This document shows positions 45,150 through 53,735 of a stretch of 64,000 nucleotides of DNA, one piece after another; the first letter of the stretch is position 1, and every line of letters begins with the position of its first letter. The DNA is from a virus, in the IMG/VR virus record IMGVR_UViG_3300045988_162524, positions 1 through 64,000 of that record, one strand, 5' to 3'. A model generated the notes under the pieces. That model was not told the origin of the DNA. It did not search any database and saw only the letters and a list, made by a program, of their open reading frames with translations. The position numbers and the translations under genes were made by a program.

Positions 45150-45503
45150 ATGAATAACAATTTAAGTGTAAATGTAACTCTATCTGAACTGAATGGGGTT
45201 ATCATAACTAATGATGAGGTGGGTGGGGTGGAGGAAAAAGGTATTTTTATCCCACTAAGATTTAATACAATATATAGAAACAGAAAAGGGGAGTACATAC
45301 TGACATTGAAAGCTGTTGAGAAAAAACCTAATCAGTATGGTTATGTATACGGCTTACTTCCTAAAGCTTCCAAGAAAAAAAATAAAGAGCTTGAAATGTT
45401 AGGACAAAGTACTAATACTTGGTGTGGAAATATAATAAGAAGCACTGAATATACAAAAGTTAAAAAAAACAGAGTGTCAATAGATGATGCGTTAAAAAAA
45501 TAA
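45150..45503 (+). CDS. hypothetical protein
   Basis: 117-aa basic ORF. Confidence 0.55.
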   Translation: MNNNLSVNVTLSELNGVIITNDEVGGVEEKGIFIPLRFNTIYRNRKGEYILTLKAVEKKPNQYGYVYGLLPKASKKKNKELEMLGQSTNTWCGNIIRSTEYTKVKKNRVSIDDALKK

Positions 45504-45507
45504 CAAT

Positions 45508-45873
45508 ATGGAAAATAAAGAAAAAGAATTAATAAAGAATTTTGAAAGTCTTTCTAAATTTATAGAAGAAAATGATATTCCTGCTTTAATCTTAATTAAA
45601 ACAAAAGAAGATCATTTTTCAGCAACAATTTCCAATATAGATGATATTACGGAATTATTTGCAAAACAATCACATAATGATGACGATTTAGGGCATGCTT
45701 TGTCTTATATAGCTACATTAACGATGGGTTCACAATGTTCTATGAATCATAGAAAGTTCTTTGAGTTTCAAAGGAATGTATTGGCTGCTATTAAGGAATA
45801 TGATGAAACCTTTAACGGCTTATTCAATGAAGATGAAGAAGAAGAAGTAGATAATAAAATTTGCGATTGTTAG
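45508..45873 (+). CDS. hypothetical acidic protein
   Basis: 121-aa ORF with an EDEEEEVD tail. Confidence 0.55.
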   Translation: MENKEKELIKNFESLSKFIEENDIPALILIKTKEDHFSATISNIDDITELFAKQSHNDDDLGHALSYIATLTMGSQCSMNHRKFFEFQRNVLAAIKEYDETFNGLFNEDEEEEVDNKICDC

Positions 45874-45904
45874 TTTTATATATTCACATTTTAAAAATAT
45901 TATT

Positions 45905-46342
45905 ATGGACAAATGGTTTTTAGGTTCTCTGAAATACGAAAAAGTAATGGAGAACGGGAAAGAAAAAAAAGTTACAGAAAAATATCTAATAGATGCCTTA
46001 TCTGTGACAGAAGCCGAAGCTAGACTAATAGAAGAGATGTCTCCCTTTATCAGTGGCGATTTTTCGATAAAAGCTGTGGTAGATACAAAATACGCAGAAG
46101 TAGTTCCAAGCGATAATGAAGCTGATGATACTTGGTTCAAGTGTAAACTTGGGTATATCACCTTAGACGAAAAGACTGGGGCTGAAAAGACTGCGACAAC
46201 AAATATGCTTGTACAAGCAGCAGATTTAAGACAAGCTGTAAAGAACTTAGACGAACACATGAAAGGTACAATGGCTGATTATAGAATCGAAAGTGTATCT
46301 GATAGTAAAATAATGGACGTTTATCCATATAATAGCAAATAA
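45905..46342 (+). CDS. hypothetical protein (DUF4494-like)
   Basis: MDKWFLGSLKYEKVMENGKEKKVTEKYLIDALSVTEAEARLIEE resembles the Bacteroidota DUF4494 family as remembered. Confidence 0.5.
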   Translation: MDKWFLGSLKYEKVMENGKEKKVTEKYLIDALSVTEAEARLIEEMSPFISGDFSIKAVVDTKYAEVVPSDNEADDTWFKCKLGYITLDEKTGAEKTATTNMLVQAADLRQAVKNLDEHMKGTMADYRIESVSDSKIMDVYPYNSK

Positions 46343-46344
46343 TA

Positions 46345-46731
46345 ATGGAAGCAATATATATTGAAGGTCAAATTACTGCAATACTCCCCGAAACTAGAGG
46401 TGTGGGACAGAGAGGTGAATGGGTTAGCCAAGATTTTGTATTAAAGACAGACGATAACTATCCTAAAAATATTTGTTTCACTATTTGGGGAGCAGATAAG
46501 ATTAAAGAAGCGAACATTAGAATCGGAGATGTTGTTAGTATTGGAGTAAATATCGAATCCAGAGAATTTAATGGACGTTGGTATACATCTATAAAAGCAT
46601 GGAGTGTTAAGAGGAAGTTTGAGGCACAGGCAGCTAAGCAAGCACCTCCTGCCCCAACACCACAGCCATCGCAACCAACACAGACTCAAACATCTTCTTC
46701 TGTGGATAACACAGACGATCTGCCGTTCTGA
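46345..46731 (+). CDS. single-stranded DNA-binding protein-like (OB-fold, DUF3127-type)
   Basis: About 95-aa beta-rich core, Pro/Gln linker PPAPTPQPSQPTQTQ, and an acidic tip DNTDDLPF like the bacterial SSB C-terminus. Confidence 0.6.
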   Translation: MEAIYIEGQITAILPETRGVGQRGEWVSQDFVLKTDDNYPKNICFTIWGADKIKEANIRIGDVVSIGVNIESREFNGRWYTSIKAWSVKRKFEAQAAKQAPPAPTPQPSQPTQTQTSSSVDNTDDLPF

Positions 46732-46806
46732 ATTGGCGAAACGTTACAAAAGTTTAAAGAAGGTGGTATTGACGTAGAGGTTATTGGATATAACAAATAA
46801 TATCTC

Positions 46807-46814
46807 TATATTTG
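46807..46814 (+). promoter_or_regulatory. -7 promoter box TATATTTG
   Basis: Intergenic, 104 nt upstream of ATG 46919, followed by a structured leader (46817-46884). Confidence 0.45.
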
Positions 46815-46918
46815 TGGAATGAAAGGGATAGTTGAAGGTAGCTCCTTCAATGAAAGGCTATACTGGTGGGCTTTCCCTTCATTCTTAATCATCAGTATCA
46901 TTTAAAACCAGTATAAAT

Positions 46919-47731
46919 ATGGAAACATATCAGAATTTATCATTAGAAGATTTACCAAATGAAGAATGGAAGGATATAGTTGGATATGAAGGACTATATC
47001 AGGTGTCTAATTTAGGAAGAGTGAAATCCTTACAACGACAAAGTGCACCTTTTTATACTAAAACAGGACAAATTTCAACTTATACAATAAACAATCATAT
47101 AAGCAAGCAAAGTTTTATCCGTGGATATTTATGCGTTCAATTATCAATAGATAAAGAAAAGAAAATATATAAAGTTCATAGACTTGTTTCAAATGCTTTC
47201 ATTCCAAACCCAAACAAATTTACACAGATTAACCATAAGGATGAAAATAAATGGAATAATTGTGTAGAAAATTTAGAGTGGTGTTCACCTAGTTATAATA
47301 ACAATTATGGTACTAGAAATGAAAGAATATCTAAAGCGCAAATTAATAATTCTACTTACAGTAAAAAGATATATCAATTTACTCTTGATGGAGAATTTAT
47401 TAAAGAATGGGAATCAATATGTGAAGCTGGAAGAAATGGATATGATAAGAAAGGAATATCCGATATGTGTAATAATGAAAAAGGTGTAAAAACAGTAAAT
47501 GGTTATCTTTGGAAATTTGCAGATGGTGAAATGTCTATTTCTCAATATGTAAATACAGCATTAGTTCCTGTTTTATGTTTTGACTTAGAAAATAATTTTA
47601 TAAAAGAATATAAGTCTATAAAGGATGCTAATATAGAATTAAATATTAGCAGTGGAGCTATTACTACTTGTTGTCAAGGGAAAAGAAAAAGAGTTAAACA
47701 ATATAAATTTAAATATAAAAATGGCAGATAA
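46919..47731 (+). CDS. HNH homing endonuclease (NUMOD4 + HNH_3 type)
   Basis: NEEWKDIVGYEGLYQVSNLGRVKS, then HRLVSNAFIPNP...INHKDENKWNNCVENLEW. C-terminal GY.W.F-type DNA-binding repeats. Confidence 0.85.
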   Translation: METYQNLSLEDLPNEEWKDIVGYEGLYQVSNLGRVKSLQRQSAPFYTKTGQISTYTINNHISKQSFIRGYLCVQLSIDKEKKIYKVHRLVSNAFIPNPNKFTQINHKDENKWNNCVENLEWCSPSYNNNYGTRNERISKAQINNSTYSKKIYQFTLDGEFIKEWESICEAGRNGYDKKGISDMCNNEKGVKTVNGYLWKFADGEMSISQYVNTALVPVLCFDLENNFIKEYKSIKDANIELNISSGAITTCCQGKRKRVKQYKFKYKNGR

Positions 47732-48611
47732 AAAAGAATTAGCTGTATTGGCTGAAAACATAGTCAGCAGTGTAACAAAAAAAGTTGAAGGATTAGAAAA
47801 AGTAGGAATGCAATTTGCAAAAGACTTTAATCCTATTAATGCGCTTAGGTCATCTATGCTTATTCTTCAAGACATGAAGGATAAAAATGGTAAACTAGTA
47901 TTGGAATCATGTTCAAGTGGCAGTATTGCTCGTGCTTTATTCAATATGTTAAGCAAATCATTAGATGCCAGTAAGGGGCAAATGTATTTTATCCCGTATG
48001 GTGAAAATCTTACTGCACAAGAATCTTATTTTGGTTCAGTAACAAGAGCTAAAAGAGCCGTGCCTGATTATGTCCCTATCGTGAAGATTATCCATGAAGG
48101 AGATAAATTCATTATGGAAAATGATATTGAAACGGGAGAAACGAAAGTTGCGAAACATGAAACTTCATTCGAAAATTTAGATAAACCAATAATTGGAGCA
48201 TATACTTGGGCTTATTATCCCAACGGGAAAAAAGATTTAGTTGTTATGACTATGGCATCAATCCAAAAATCGTGGGCGAAAAGTTCAAATAGTGGTGCAG
48301 TTTCAAAACAGTTCCCCGAAGAAATGGTAAAAAGGACTATATTGCGAAAGGCTTGTAAAATGATGGTTAATACAGACATTTCTAATGCTTCTCCCATTAG
48401 TTCATTGGAAGAGGATTTAGGAGTAGACTTAAGCCCAACAAAACAACTCGACGCTGAACAAGTAGGTGAGGTTGTAGAATATGAAGAAGTAACGGAAACT
48501 GTAGATGCGTCCACATTGAATAATAAAGAAGAGCTTAGTGGCGCAAATGCAGGTGACTCGGTAACAACCAAAGAGGAAAAGAAAGAACAAATTAAAGAAC
48601 GTCCGTTTTAA
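47721..48611 (+). CDS. recT: RecT-family single-strand annealing protein
   Basis: Start set at ATG 47721 (MADKKELAVL). ...MYFIPYGENLTAQESYFG...IHEGDKF... Charged, acidic C-terminal region ending KERPF. Lies in the recombination gene cluster. Confidence 0.6.
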   Translation: MADKKELAVLAENIVSSVTKKVEGLEKVGMQFAKDFNPINALRSSMLILQDMKDKNGKLVLESCSSGSIARALFNMLSKSLDASKGQMYFIPYGENLTAQESYFGSVTRAKRAVPDYVPIVKIIHEGDKFIMENDIETGETKVAKHETSFENLDKPIIGAYTWAYYPNGKKDLVVMTMASIQKSWAKSSNSGAVSKQFPEEMVKRTILRKACKMMVNTDISNASPISSLEEDLGVDLSPTKQLDAEQVGEVVEYEEVTETVDASTLNNKEELSGANAGDSVTTKEEKKEQIKERPF

Positions 48612-48706
48612 TCATGGATGATGAATATGAAATAGATTCTTCATGGGAAGAAATGTATCCTAATTGGATAGATGATGGAGCAGATATTTTGTAAATAAAT
48701 CAACTT

Positions 48707-48752
48707 AGTCCCATTTTGTTTAGGTAGTAATACCTATTCGGATGGGACTTTT
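48707..48752 (+). terminator. intrinsic terminator
   Basis: agtcccat...atgggact 8-bp stem with an inner aggta/tacct helix, followed by TTT. Confidence 0.5.
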
Positions 48753-48799
48753 AAATTTGGCAGTTAGATGACACTGACACCGTATAACAAAAAGTTATA

Positions 48800-48822
48800 G
48801 CTCGGAGAATCCGGGCTTTTTT
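48800..48822 (+). terminator. intrinsic terminator
   Basis: gctcgg-agaat-ccgggc followed by T6. Confidence 0.55.
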
Positions 48823-48846
48823 ATAAACAATTAAAAAATAAACATT

Positions 48847-49014
48847 ATGGAAAAGAAAATTGCAGGAAGCGTAAAGATTAACATTTCAGACCAAATGGCA
48901 GCTAATAGATTAAAAGCGTTAGAAATAGCTCTTACACTAACAGAACATACAGATTGGAATCCTATTTCATTTGAAAAAGATATTTATGAAAAGGCAGAAG
49001 AAATATTAAAATAG
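48847..49014 (+). CDS. hypothetical small protein
   Basis: 55-aa ORF MEKKIAGSVKINISDQMAANRLKALEIALTL..., below the track cutoff; fills a gap. Confidence 0.4.
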   Translation: MEKKIAGSVKINISDQMAANRLKALEIALTLTEHTDWNPISFEKDIYEKAEEILK

Positions 49015-49018
49015 GCTT

Positions 49019-49741
49019 ATGGCATATCTGAAAATAGCGGGAAGTAGCAGTAAAGGCAATAGCTATATTCTTGAATGTAATAATGAAATCCTTTTAATTG
49101 AAGCGGGTATATCTTTTAAAAACAAGATACTTCCGGCTATAAATTGGAAAGGGGGTAAGGTGGTTGGCTGTTTAGTCAGCCACCGATGAAGTCATTCAGA
49201 CCATTCTTTAGATATTCCTAATTTAATATTAAGAGCAATATCCGTTTATTCAAATAAGGAAACAAAGTCTATATTTCCTGACGTAGTTGAACTTTCTATT
49301 AAAACTAAATATCGTATTGGAGGTTTTGAAGTACAATGTCTTGAAGTTCCTCATAATGCACAATGTTATTCATATATAATAGATTGTCCTGATGGAATGA
49401 GAGTCTTGTTTATAACTGATTGTTCTTATTTTAAATATAAAGTGAAAGATGTAAATGTTTTAATGATTGAAACTAATTATAGTAATGATGTGATTGTAAA
49501 TAATGCGATACATGATGAATGGTCGTCTAGTGCATCTGAAAATCACTTATCATTGGAACAGGCTATCGAAGTTATTAAAAGACATAAATCTCGTAATTTA
49601 AAGACAGTCATAGGGCTTCATCTAAGTAATCAAAATAGCGATGAAAAAAAGTTTGGTGAGAGAATATTTGAAGAGACAGGATTTAGAGCTATATTTGCAG
49701 ATAGCGGTATCACTGTAGAACTAAAAAAGGAGGAATTTTAA
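49019..49741 (+). pseudogene. MBL-fold hydrolase/nuclease gene interrupted by an in-frame TGA (49187-49189)
   Basis: One frame runs from ATG 49019 to TAA 49741 with a single stop. Translation ...GCLVSHR*SHSDHSLD...EVPHNAQCYSY... The stop lies inside the HxHxDH metal-binding motif. Confidence 0.7.
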
Positions 49742-49960
49742 ATGGCGAATCCTAATTACTTTAAACTTAGAGACTATCTACAATCTTTAATAGATATGAC
49801 GATAGAAGCGGAGAATAAAAATCCTATATACTATTATTTCCCTATTGATTCTAGGGATTTAGCAAAGAATATGGAATTAATAAAAAATGGGTATAATAAG
49901 GATATATTACCTGTTAATTTATTATGGCAAATAATGGATAAAAAGAAAAATGAAGAATGA
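49742..49960 (+). CDS. hypothetical protein
   Basis: 72-aa ORF with AGGAGG 8 nt upstream. Confidence 0.55.
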   Translation: MANPNYFKLRDYLQSLIDMTIEAENKNPIYYYFPIDSRDLAKNMELIKNGYNKDILPVNLLWQIMDKKKNEE

Positions 49961-50501
49961 TAATAATAATGTTATGGAGAATAAATGTTACATAGGGATA
50001 GACCCCGGTGCTTTGGGTTATCTTGCGATACAAGTAAATGGAGAATGGACTCACATGAGTTTAAAGGATAATGATTTTTACCAAATATCAGATATGCTTG
50101 AATATCTAAAGTCTAAATATCCAAACATAGTAGCAGGACTTGAATGTGTTCATGCTATATTTGGTAGTAGTGCAAAAGCGACATTCTCTTTTGGAGAGAT
50201 ATATGGGAAATTACAAGCTTTGCTTATAGCTCATAAAATACCTTATCATTTGATTGCTCCCAAAACATGGCAGGGAAGCCTTTGGCAAAACAGTGATATG
50301 GTAATAACATATAAGAAAGTAAAACTCAAAAATAAAGAGATTAACAAGAAAGAAGTGAATACTAAAGCAACATCAATCAATGCCGCAAAACGTCTTTTCC
50401 CTGAATTGGATTTTAGACGAACCGATAGATGTAGTAATATTGATGATAACAAAGTAGATGCGACTTTAATTTGTGAATATTTAAGGAGGAAAAACTTATG
50501 A
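49950..50501 (+). CDS. ruvC: RuvC-like Holliday junction resolvase
   Basis: YIGIDPGALG (Asp), AGLECVHAIFG (Glu), NIDDNKVDATLICEYL (Asp pair). An alternative start is ATG 49974. Confidence 0.7.
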   Translation: MKNDNNNVMENKCYIGIDPGALGYLAIQVNGEWTHMSLKDNDFYQISDMLEYLKSKYPNIVAGLECVHAIFGSSAKATFSFGEIYGKLQALLIAHKIPYHLIAPKTWQGSLWQNSDMVITYKKVKLKNKEINKKEVNTKATSINAAKRLFPELDFRRTDRCSNIDDNKVDATLICEYLRRKNL

Positions 50502-50662
50502 TGATAGATACTGACAAATGGGTTACTATTGACACATACGCTTTTTTAAAAGGGATTAAGCGTAGATGGGTTTATGATCTTATAAAAAAAGGTAAGGTGC
50601 AAACAATCAAGTTATGGGGGAAACAATTAATATACATAGGAGATGAAAATAAACAAAACTAG
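50498..50662 (+). CDS. small HTH protein (excisionase-like)
   Basis: 54-aa ORF MMIDTDKWVTIDTYAFLKGIKRRWVYDLIKKGKVQTIKLWGKQLIY, AGGAGG 8 nt upstream. Confidence 0.45.
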   Translation: MMIDTDKWVTIDTYAFLKGIKRRWVYDLIKKGKVQTIKLWGKQLIYIGDENKQN

Positions 50663-50819
50663 ATACTTCTTATTCCCTTACATGGCTGTGAAATATGGAA
50701 TATATGTGTATGGGAGACAACTATTCACTGTTACAGGCGATCTGTCTATACGGGAAGTTGAACACTATATATAAAGGACAAAAAAATGTGATAATGTGAT
50801 AATTACAGGTATCTTTGAA

Positions 50820-50975
50820 ATGTCAGAAGATGATTATTTAGCCAAGCATTTACTTCAAGAATTTATCAATAACGTTGTAGCCGACTTGTTTGCAGATATG
50901 CTCCTTCAACCAAAAGGAAGAGGACATATCAATTCGGAAGAAATAAAAGATATTATTAACCAGTTAAAGATGTAG
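50820..50975 (+). CDS. hypothetical small protein
   Basis: 51-aa ORF. A TATCTTTG box (50810-50817) ends 2 nt before the ATG, giving a leaderless-type arrangement. Confidence 0.35.
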   Translation: MSEDDYLAKHLLQEFINNVVADLFADMLLQPKGRGHINSEEIKDIINQLKM

Positions 50976-50979
50976 TTTT

Positions 50980-51177
50980 ATGACAATAAGTACAAAATAT
51001 GATATTGGAGATATGGTTTGGTTTATGCATGACAATATATGTGTATTAAAGAAAGTTGAAAATATAAATATCGATGTATGCCACATGTATATTCAATACA
51101 TGTTTGATGGAAATGATATATGGCTATCTGAAAAGCATTTGTTTTCTACAAAAGAGGAACTTCTAAAATCGTTATAA
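50980..51177 (+). CDS. hypothetical protein
   Basis: 65-aa ORF. Confidence 0.5.
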   Translation: MTISTKYDIGDMVWFMHDNICVLKKVENINIDVCHMYIQYMFDGNDIWLSEKHLFSTKEELLKSL

Positions 51178-51181
51178 CAAT

Positions 51182-51796
51182 ATGAAAACAGATAGGAGTA
51201 ATTGGGGAGTAAGATGGGGAGAAGCCTTATATAGGATAGAAATTGTTATGCTTATCATAGAAAGTTTTAAATATTATCAAGAAGTAGAAACTAAAAAGGC
51301 TTCAATGAAATATCTTAAATACTCAAAAGATTATAAATCATGCGAACAAGCGGCAGACATGATAAGAATGTTATTTAACAGAGATGTAAATCCTAGCGAA
51401 TTAATGCACACAGAGGATGATATATCTAATTCTTTAATTGATAGTTATATAAAACTACAAGATTCCCTAAGATACTTCCCAAGTCCTCGTTATCCTTATG
51501 AAAAAGAAGATATATTATCTGTTTTAGCTTATTTATATCATCATAATTATTGGCTAAGAATGAAATGCTATGATTACAATATATTCTCATGTAAAGTATT
51601 TGATGTATTTCAGGGAAAAAGAATGATTCACAGCAGAGGAGTAAAATGGTTAATTAACGAAAGCAGTGAATATTGTTTATGGAATGGTAAAACGAGACAT
51701 GTTGATACGATGGCATTTAGATCTACTTTTAGAAAAATAGAAAAAGCTTTTAATGAGATAATAGAAAAACGAAGGAAAAGAAAGGAGAAAAAATGA
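51182..51796 (+). CDS. hypothetical protein
   Basis: 204-aa ORF with a basic KRRKRKEKK tail. Confidence 0.55.
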   Translation: MKTDRSNWGVRWGEALYRIEIVMLIIESFKYYQEVETKKASMKYLKYSKDYKSCEQAADMIRMLFNRDVNPSELMHTEDDISNSLIDSYIKLQDSLRYFPSPRYPYEKEDILSVLAYLYHHNYWLRMKCYDYNIFSCKVFDVFQGKRMIHSRGVKWLINESSEYCLWNGKTRHVDTMAFRSTFRKIEKAFNEIIEKRRKRKEKK

Positions 51797-52233
51797 CGGA
51801 ACAAGAATTAATAAACTATACTTTATCCTTAATTCCCAAAGAAGAAAAAGATAGAGTATTCAGACAAGAATGTTGTGGTATAGATAATAGTTTTATTGGT
51901 TTTTTAGAACCATATTATTATCTATCCAAAATAATACCAAAGAACTATACTGTATTCGATTTCGGAGCAGCTTACAATCCTCAATGCTATTTCTTCACTG
52001 AACATAAGAAATACATAGCTATATCTCCTATAGAAATAGATGGGAAAGAAATGTTTAAAGCTCCTAATTGCGATATATATAGATGTACAACAGGAGAATT
52101 CTTAAATAAATACTACATGGGAGGGGGAAGGATGTTTGCTATTGTAAACAATGTGCCAAATTGGTATGGAGAAAACTCGATGGAGTTAGTTAAGAAAATT
52201 TTCAATAATTGTTATACTTTTTACGTAGAATGA
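51793..52233 (+). CDS. hypothetical protein
   Basis: 146-aa ORF with ATGA overlap. VFDFGAAYNPQ is only weakly methyltransferase-like. Confidence 0.5.
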   Translation: MTEQELINYTLSLIPKEEKDRVFRQECCGIDNSFIGFLEPYYYLSKIIPKNYTVFDFGAAYNPQCYFFTEHKKYIAISPIEIDGKEMFKAPNCDIYRCTTGEFLNKYYMGGGRMFAIVNNVPNWYGENSMELVKKIFNNCYTFYVE

Positions 52234-52511
52234 TGACAATAGGAAACTTTTTGGCATTCATTATAGGACTGTTTATCGGTCGTGTCTTAACTTATCTTGG
52301 AGATAAAACTTATAAGTTCTTAAATAGACCAAAGAAAAAATTAGAGAATAAAGAACCATTAATCTTTGATGGAGTCGATGACTTTGTTAAATGCGCAGAA
52401 AACTCTCTTAAAGATTATACAGTCATTAAAGGGGATAGTTGGTCGGCAGGGAAAGGACATAGCCATATTATTATTCTTGAAAATAAAGAAAATGAAAAAA
52501 GAGACGAATAA
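52230..52511 (+). CDS. membrane-anchored hypothetical protein
   Basis: ATG 52230 (MMTIGNFLAFIIGLFIGRVLTYL) has an N-terminal TM helix. Last gene of the second rightward module. Confidence 0.5.
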   Translation: MMTIGNFLAFIIGLFIGRVLTYLGDKTYKFLNRPKKKLENKEPLIFDGVDDFVKCAENSLKDYTVIKGDSWSAGKGHSHIIILENKENEKRDE

Positions 52512-52536
52512 ATTTGGTAGTATGAAATATTATTCG

Positions 52537-52553
52537 GATATTTGCCGATGTAT
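52537..52553 (+). promoter_or_regulatory. conserved 17-mer GATATTTGCCGATGTAT, copy 2
   Basis: Identical to 35239-35255. The downstream ~30 nt are also similar (CTAAT.C.GACATA). Confidence 0.45.
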
Positions 52554-52616
52554 CAAGGAAATGAACAGCCTAATACAGACATAAATTGCTTATACTATTC
52601 AATATATAAGATTAAA

Positions 52617-52673
52617 CTGCATTGTGCTGTTCATCATATTCTAAAGAGAATATGCCCACAATGCGGTTTATTT
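52617..52673 (+). terminator. long interrupted hairpin plus T-run
   Basis: Outer stem ctgcattgtg/cacaatgcgg, inner stem catattct/agaatatg with loop aaag, followed by TTTATTT. Confidence 0.6.
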
Positions 52674-52733
52674 AGAACAATAAAGCTAAAAGCCGTGTTA
52701 AGAAGAGTCTTGATACGGCTTTATTGTTCTAAA
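52671..52733 (+). other. second long hairpin
   Basis: tttagaacaataaa / tttattgttctaaa (14 bp) extended by gccgt/acggc. No T-run follows. Confidence 0.55.
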
Positions 52734-53054
52734 CGGCAAGAGGTTTCTTATCTCCACACCTCGAACACGATGCTTCAACATTGAAAATGGGATATACTCA
52801 ATAACGACATATTGTTTGCGTGTTTAAAATCCTATGAGACCCAAGCCTGTCAAAACTAGGTGCTGCATCAGCGTTTACAATATGAACGAAATAAATAAAG
52901 TCTTCTACGGGTTAGAAGCAGCAGAGACGGAAGTGCGTTTATTGGGTGTAGGAGTTTGAAGGCTCTGAACTTCTTTGTTTATTCAGTGCAAAAAGATGCG
53001 CTGTATAGATGCAGAGAATAAAGGCTTACTATGCTTATAACTAAAATAATCATT

Positions 53055-53735
53055 ATGGAAATAAAATCATTGATAAATAAAGTAGAGCCAGAGGAAGTAC
53101 CAATGAAGCCTAACCAAATATTGCTAGTAAGTGTTTATCAGGTAATGGCTCTAAATGAAATGTGCAACTGTTGCGTTTTGGATATCGAACCCTCAATTAA
53201 AAATAAAGATAAAGAAACCAAGAAACTATTTTATGCCGCAAAGAAAAGGGTAAATTGGTATCAAAAGGAAGTTAATAACCTGACCATTTCCAGTGGAACA
53301 GTTTATGTAGACTTTAACGATAGTTTAGACCTTTACACAAAGCCACTTTTACTTAAATATCAACAGGCATTGGAGAATTATCTATCTACAATAAAAGGTG
53401 TCGAAAATCCCTATTTTGCATCATTGGTAGAAGTTGCTCGCTCAATGACTAAACTTTCTATCACCGAAATATCAAATAGAATAAAAGAATGTATTAAATT
53501 TGCGGAAGATTCGATTGCTCTAAGACATTATAAGCAGAAAGAATTATTGGATATTATAAACAATCTTGTAAAGTGGGTGTTTAGAAAAGCGGAAGATATA
53601 AACTATAATGATAGCCCTGAATGTGTAGAAGCATATAAGAATCTAGTAGACGCATATCAAAACCCAAACATTATTGGTGAATGTATTATTAAAGCTCAAC
53701 AAATAAACGATAAAGAAGATGAAAGTAAAATTTAA
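53055..53735 (+). CDS. hypothetical protein
   Basis: ATG 53055 (MEIKSLINKVEPEE); first gene of the third rightward module. Confidence 0.55.
   Translation: MEIKSLINKVEPEEVPMKPNQILLVSVYQVMALNEMCNCCVLDIEPSIKNKDKETKKLFYAAKKRVNWYQKEVNNLTISSGTVYVDFNDSLDLYTKPLLLKYQQALENYLSTIKGVENPYFASLVEVARSMTKLSITEISNRIKECIKFAEDSIALRHYKQKELLDIINNLVKWVFRKAEDINYNDSPECVEAYKNLVDAYQNPNIIGECIIKAQQINDKEDESKI

Noticed and set aside
49187-49189. Genome-wide TGA reassignment or selenocysteine as an explanation for the in-frame TGA
   Set aside because: TGA clearly terminates other genes: 10798-10800 is followed directly by a terminator hairpin, and there are many ATGA stop/start overlaps such as 37315 and 38215. No SECIS-like hairpin follows the codon. 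Removing CGA-TGA restores HxHxDH, which favours an insertion.
52366-52784. Track ORFs 52366-52584 and 52542-52784 (also 35467-35673, 28060-28305, 28265-28477) as genes
   Set aside because: They overlap each other or run across strong hairpins. Several start at TTG, and their Cys/Ile/Leu/Arg-rich translations have no motifs. They fall exactly in the regions that behave as regulatory or non-coding boundaries.
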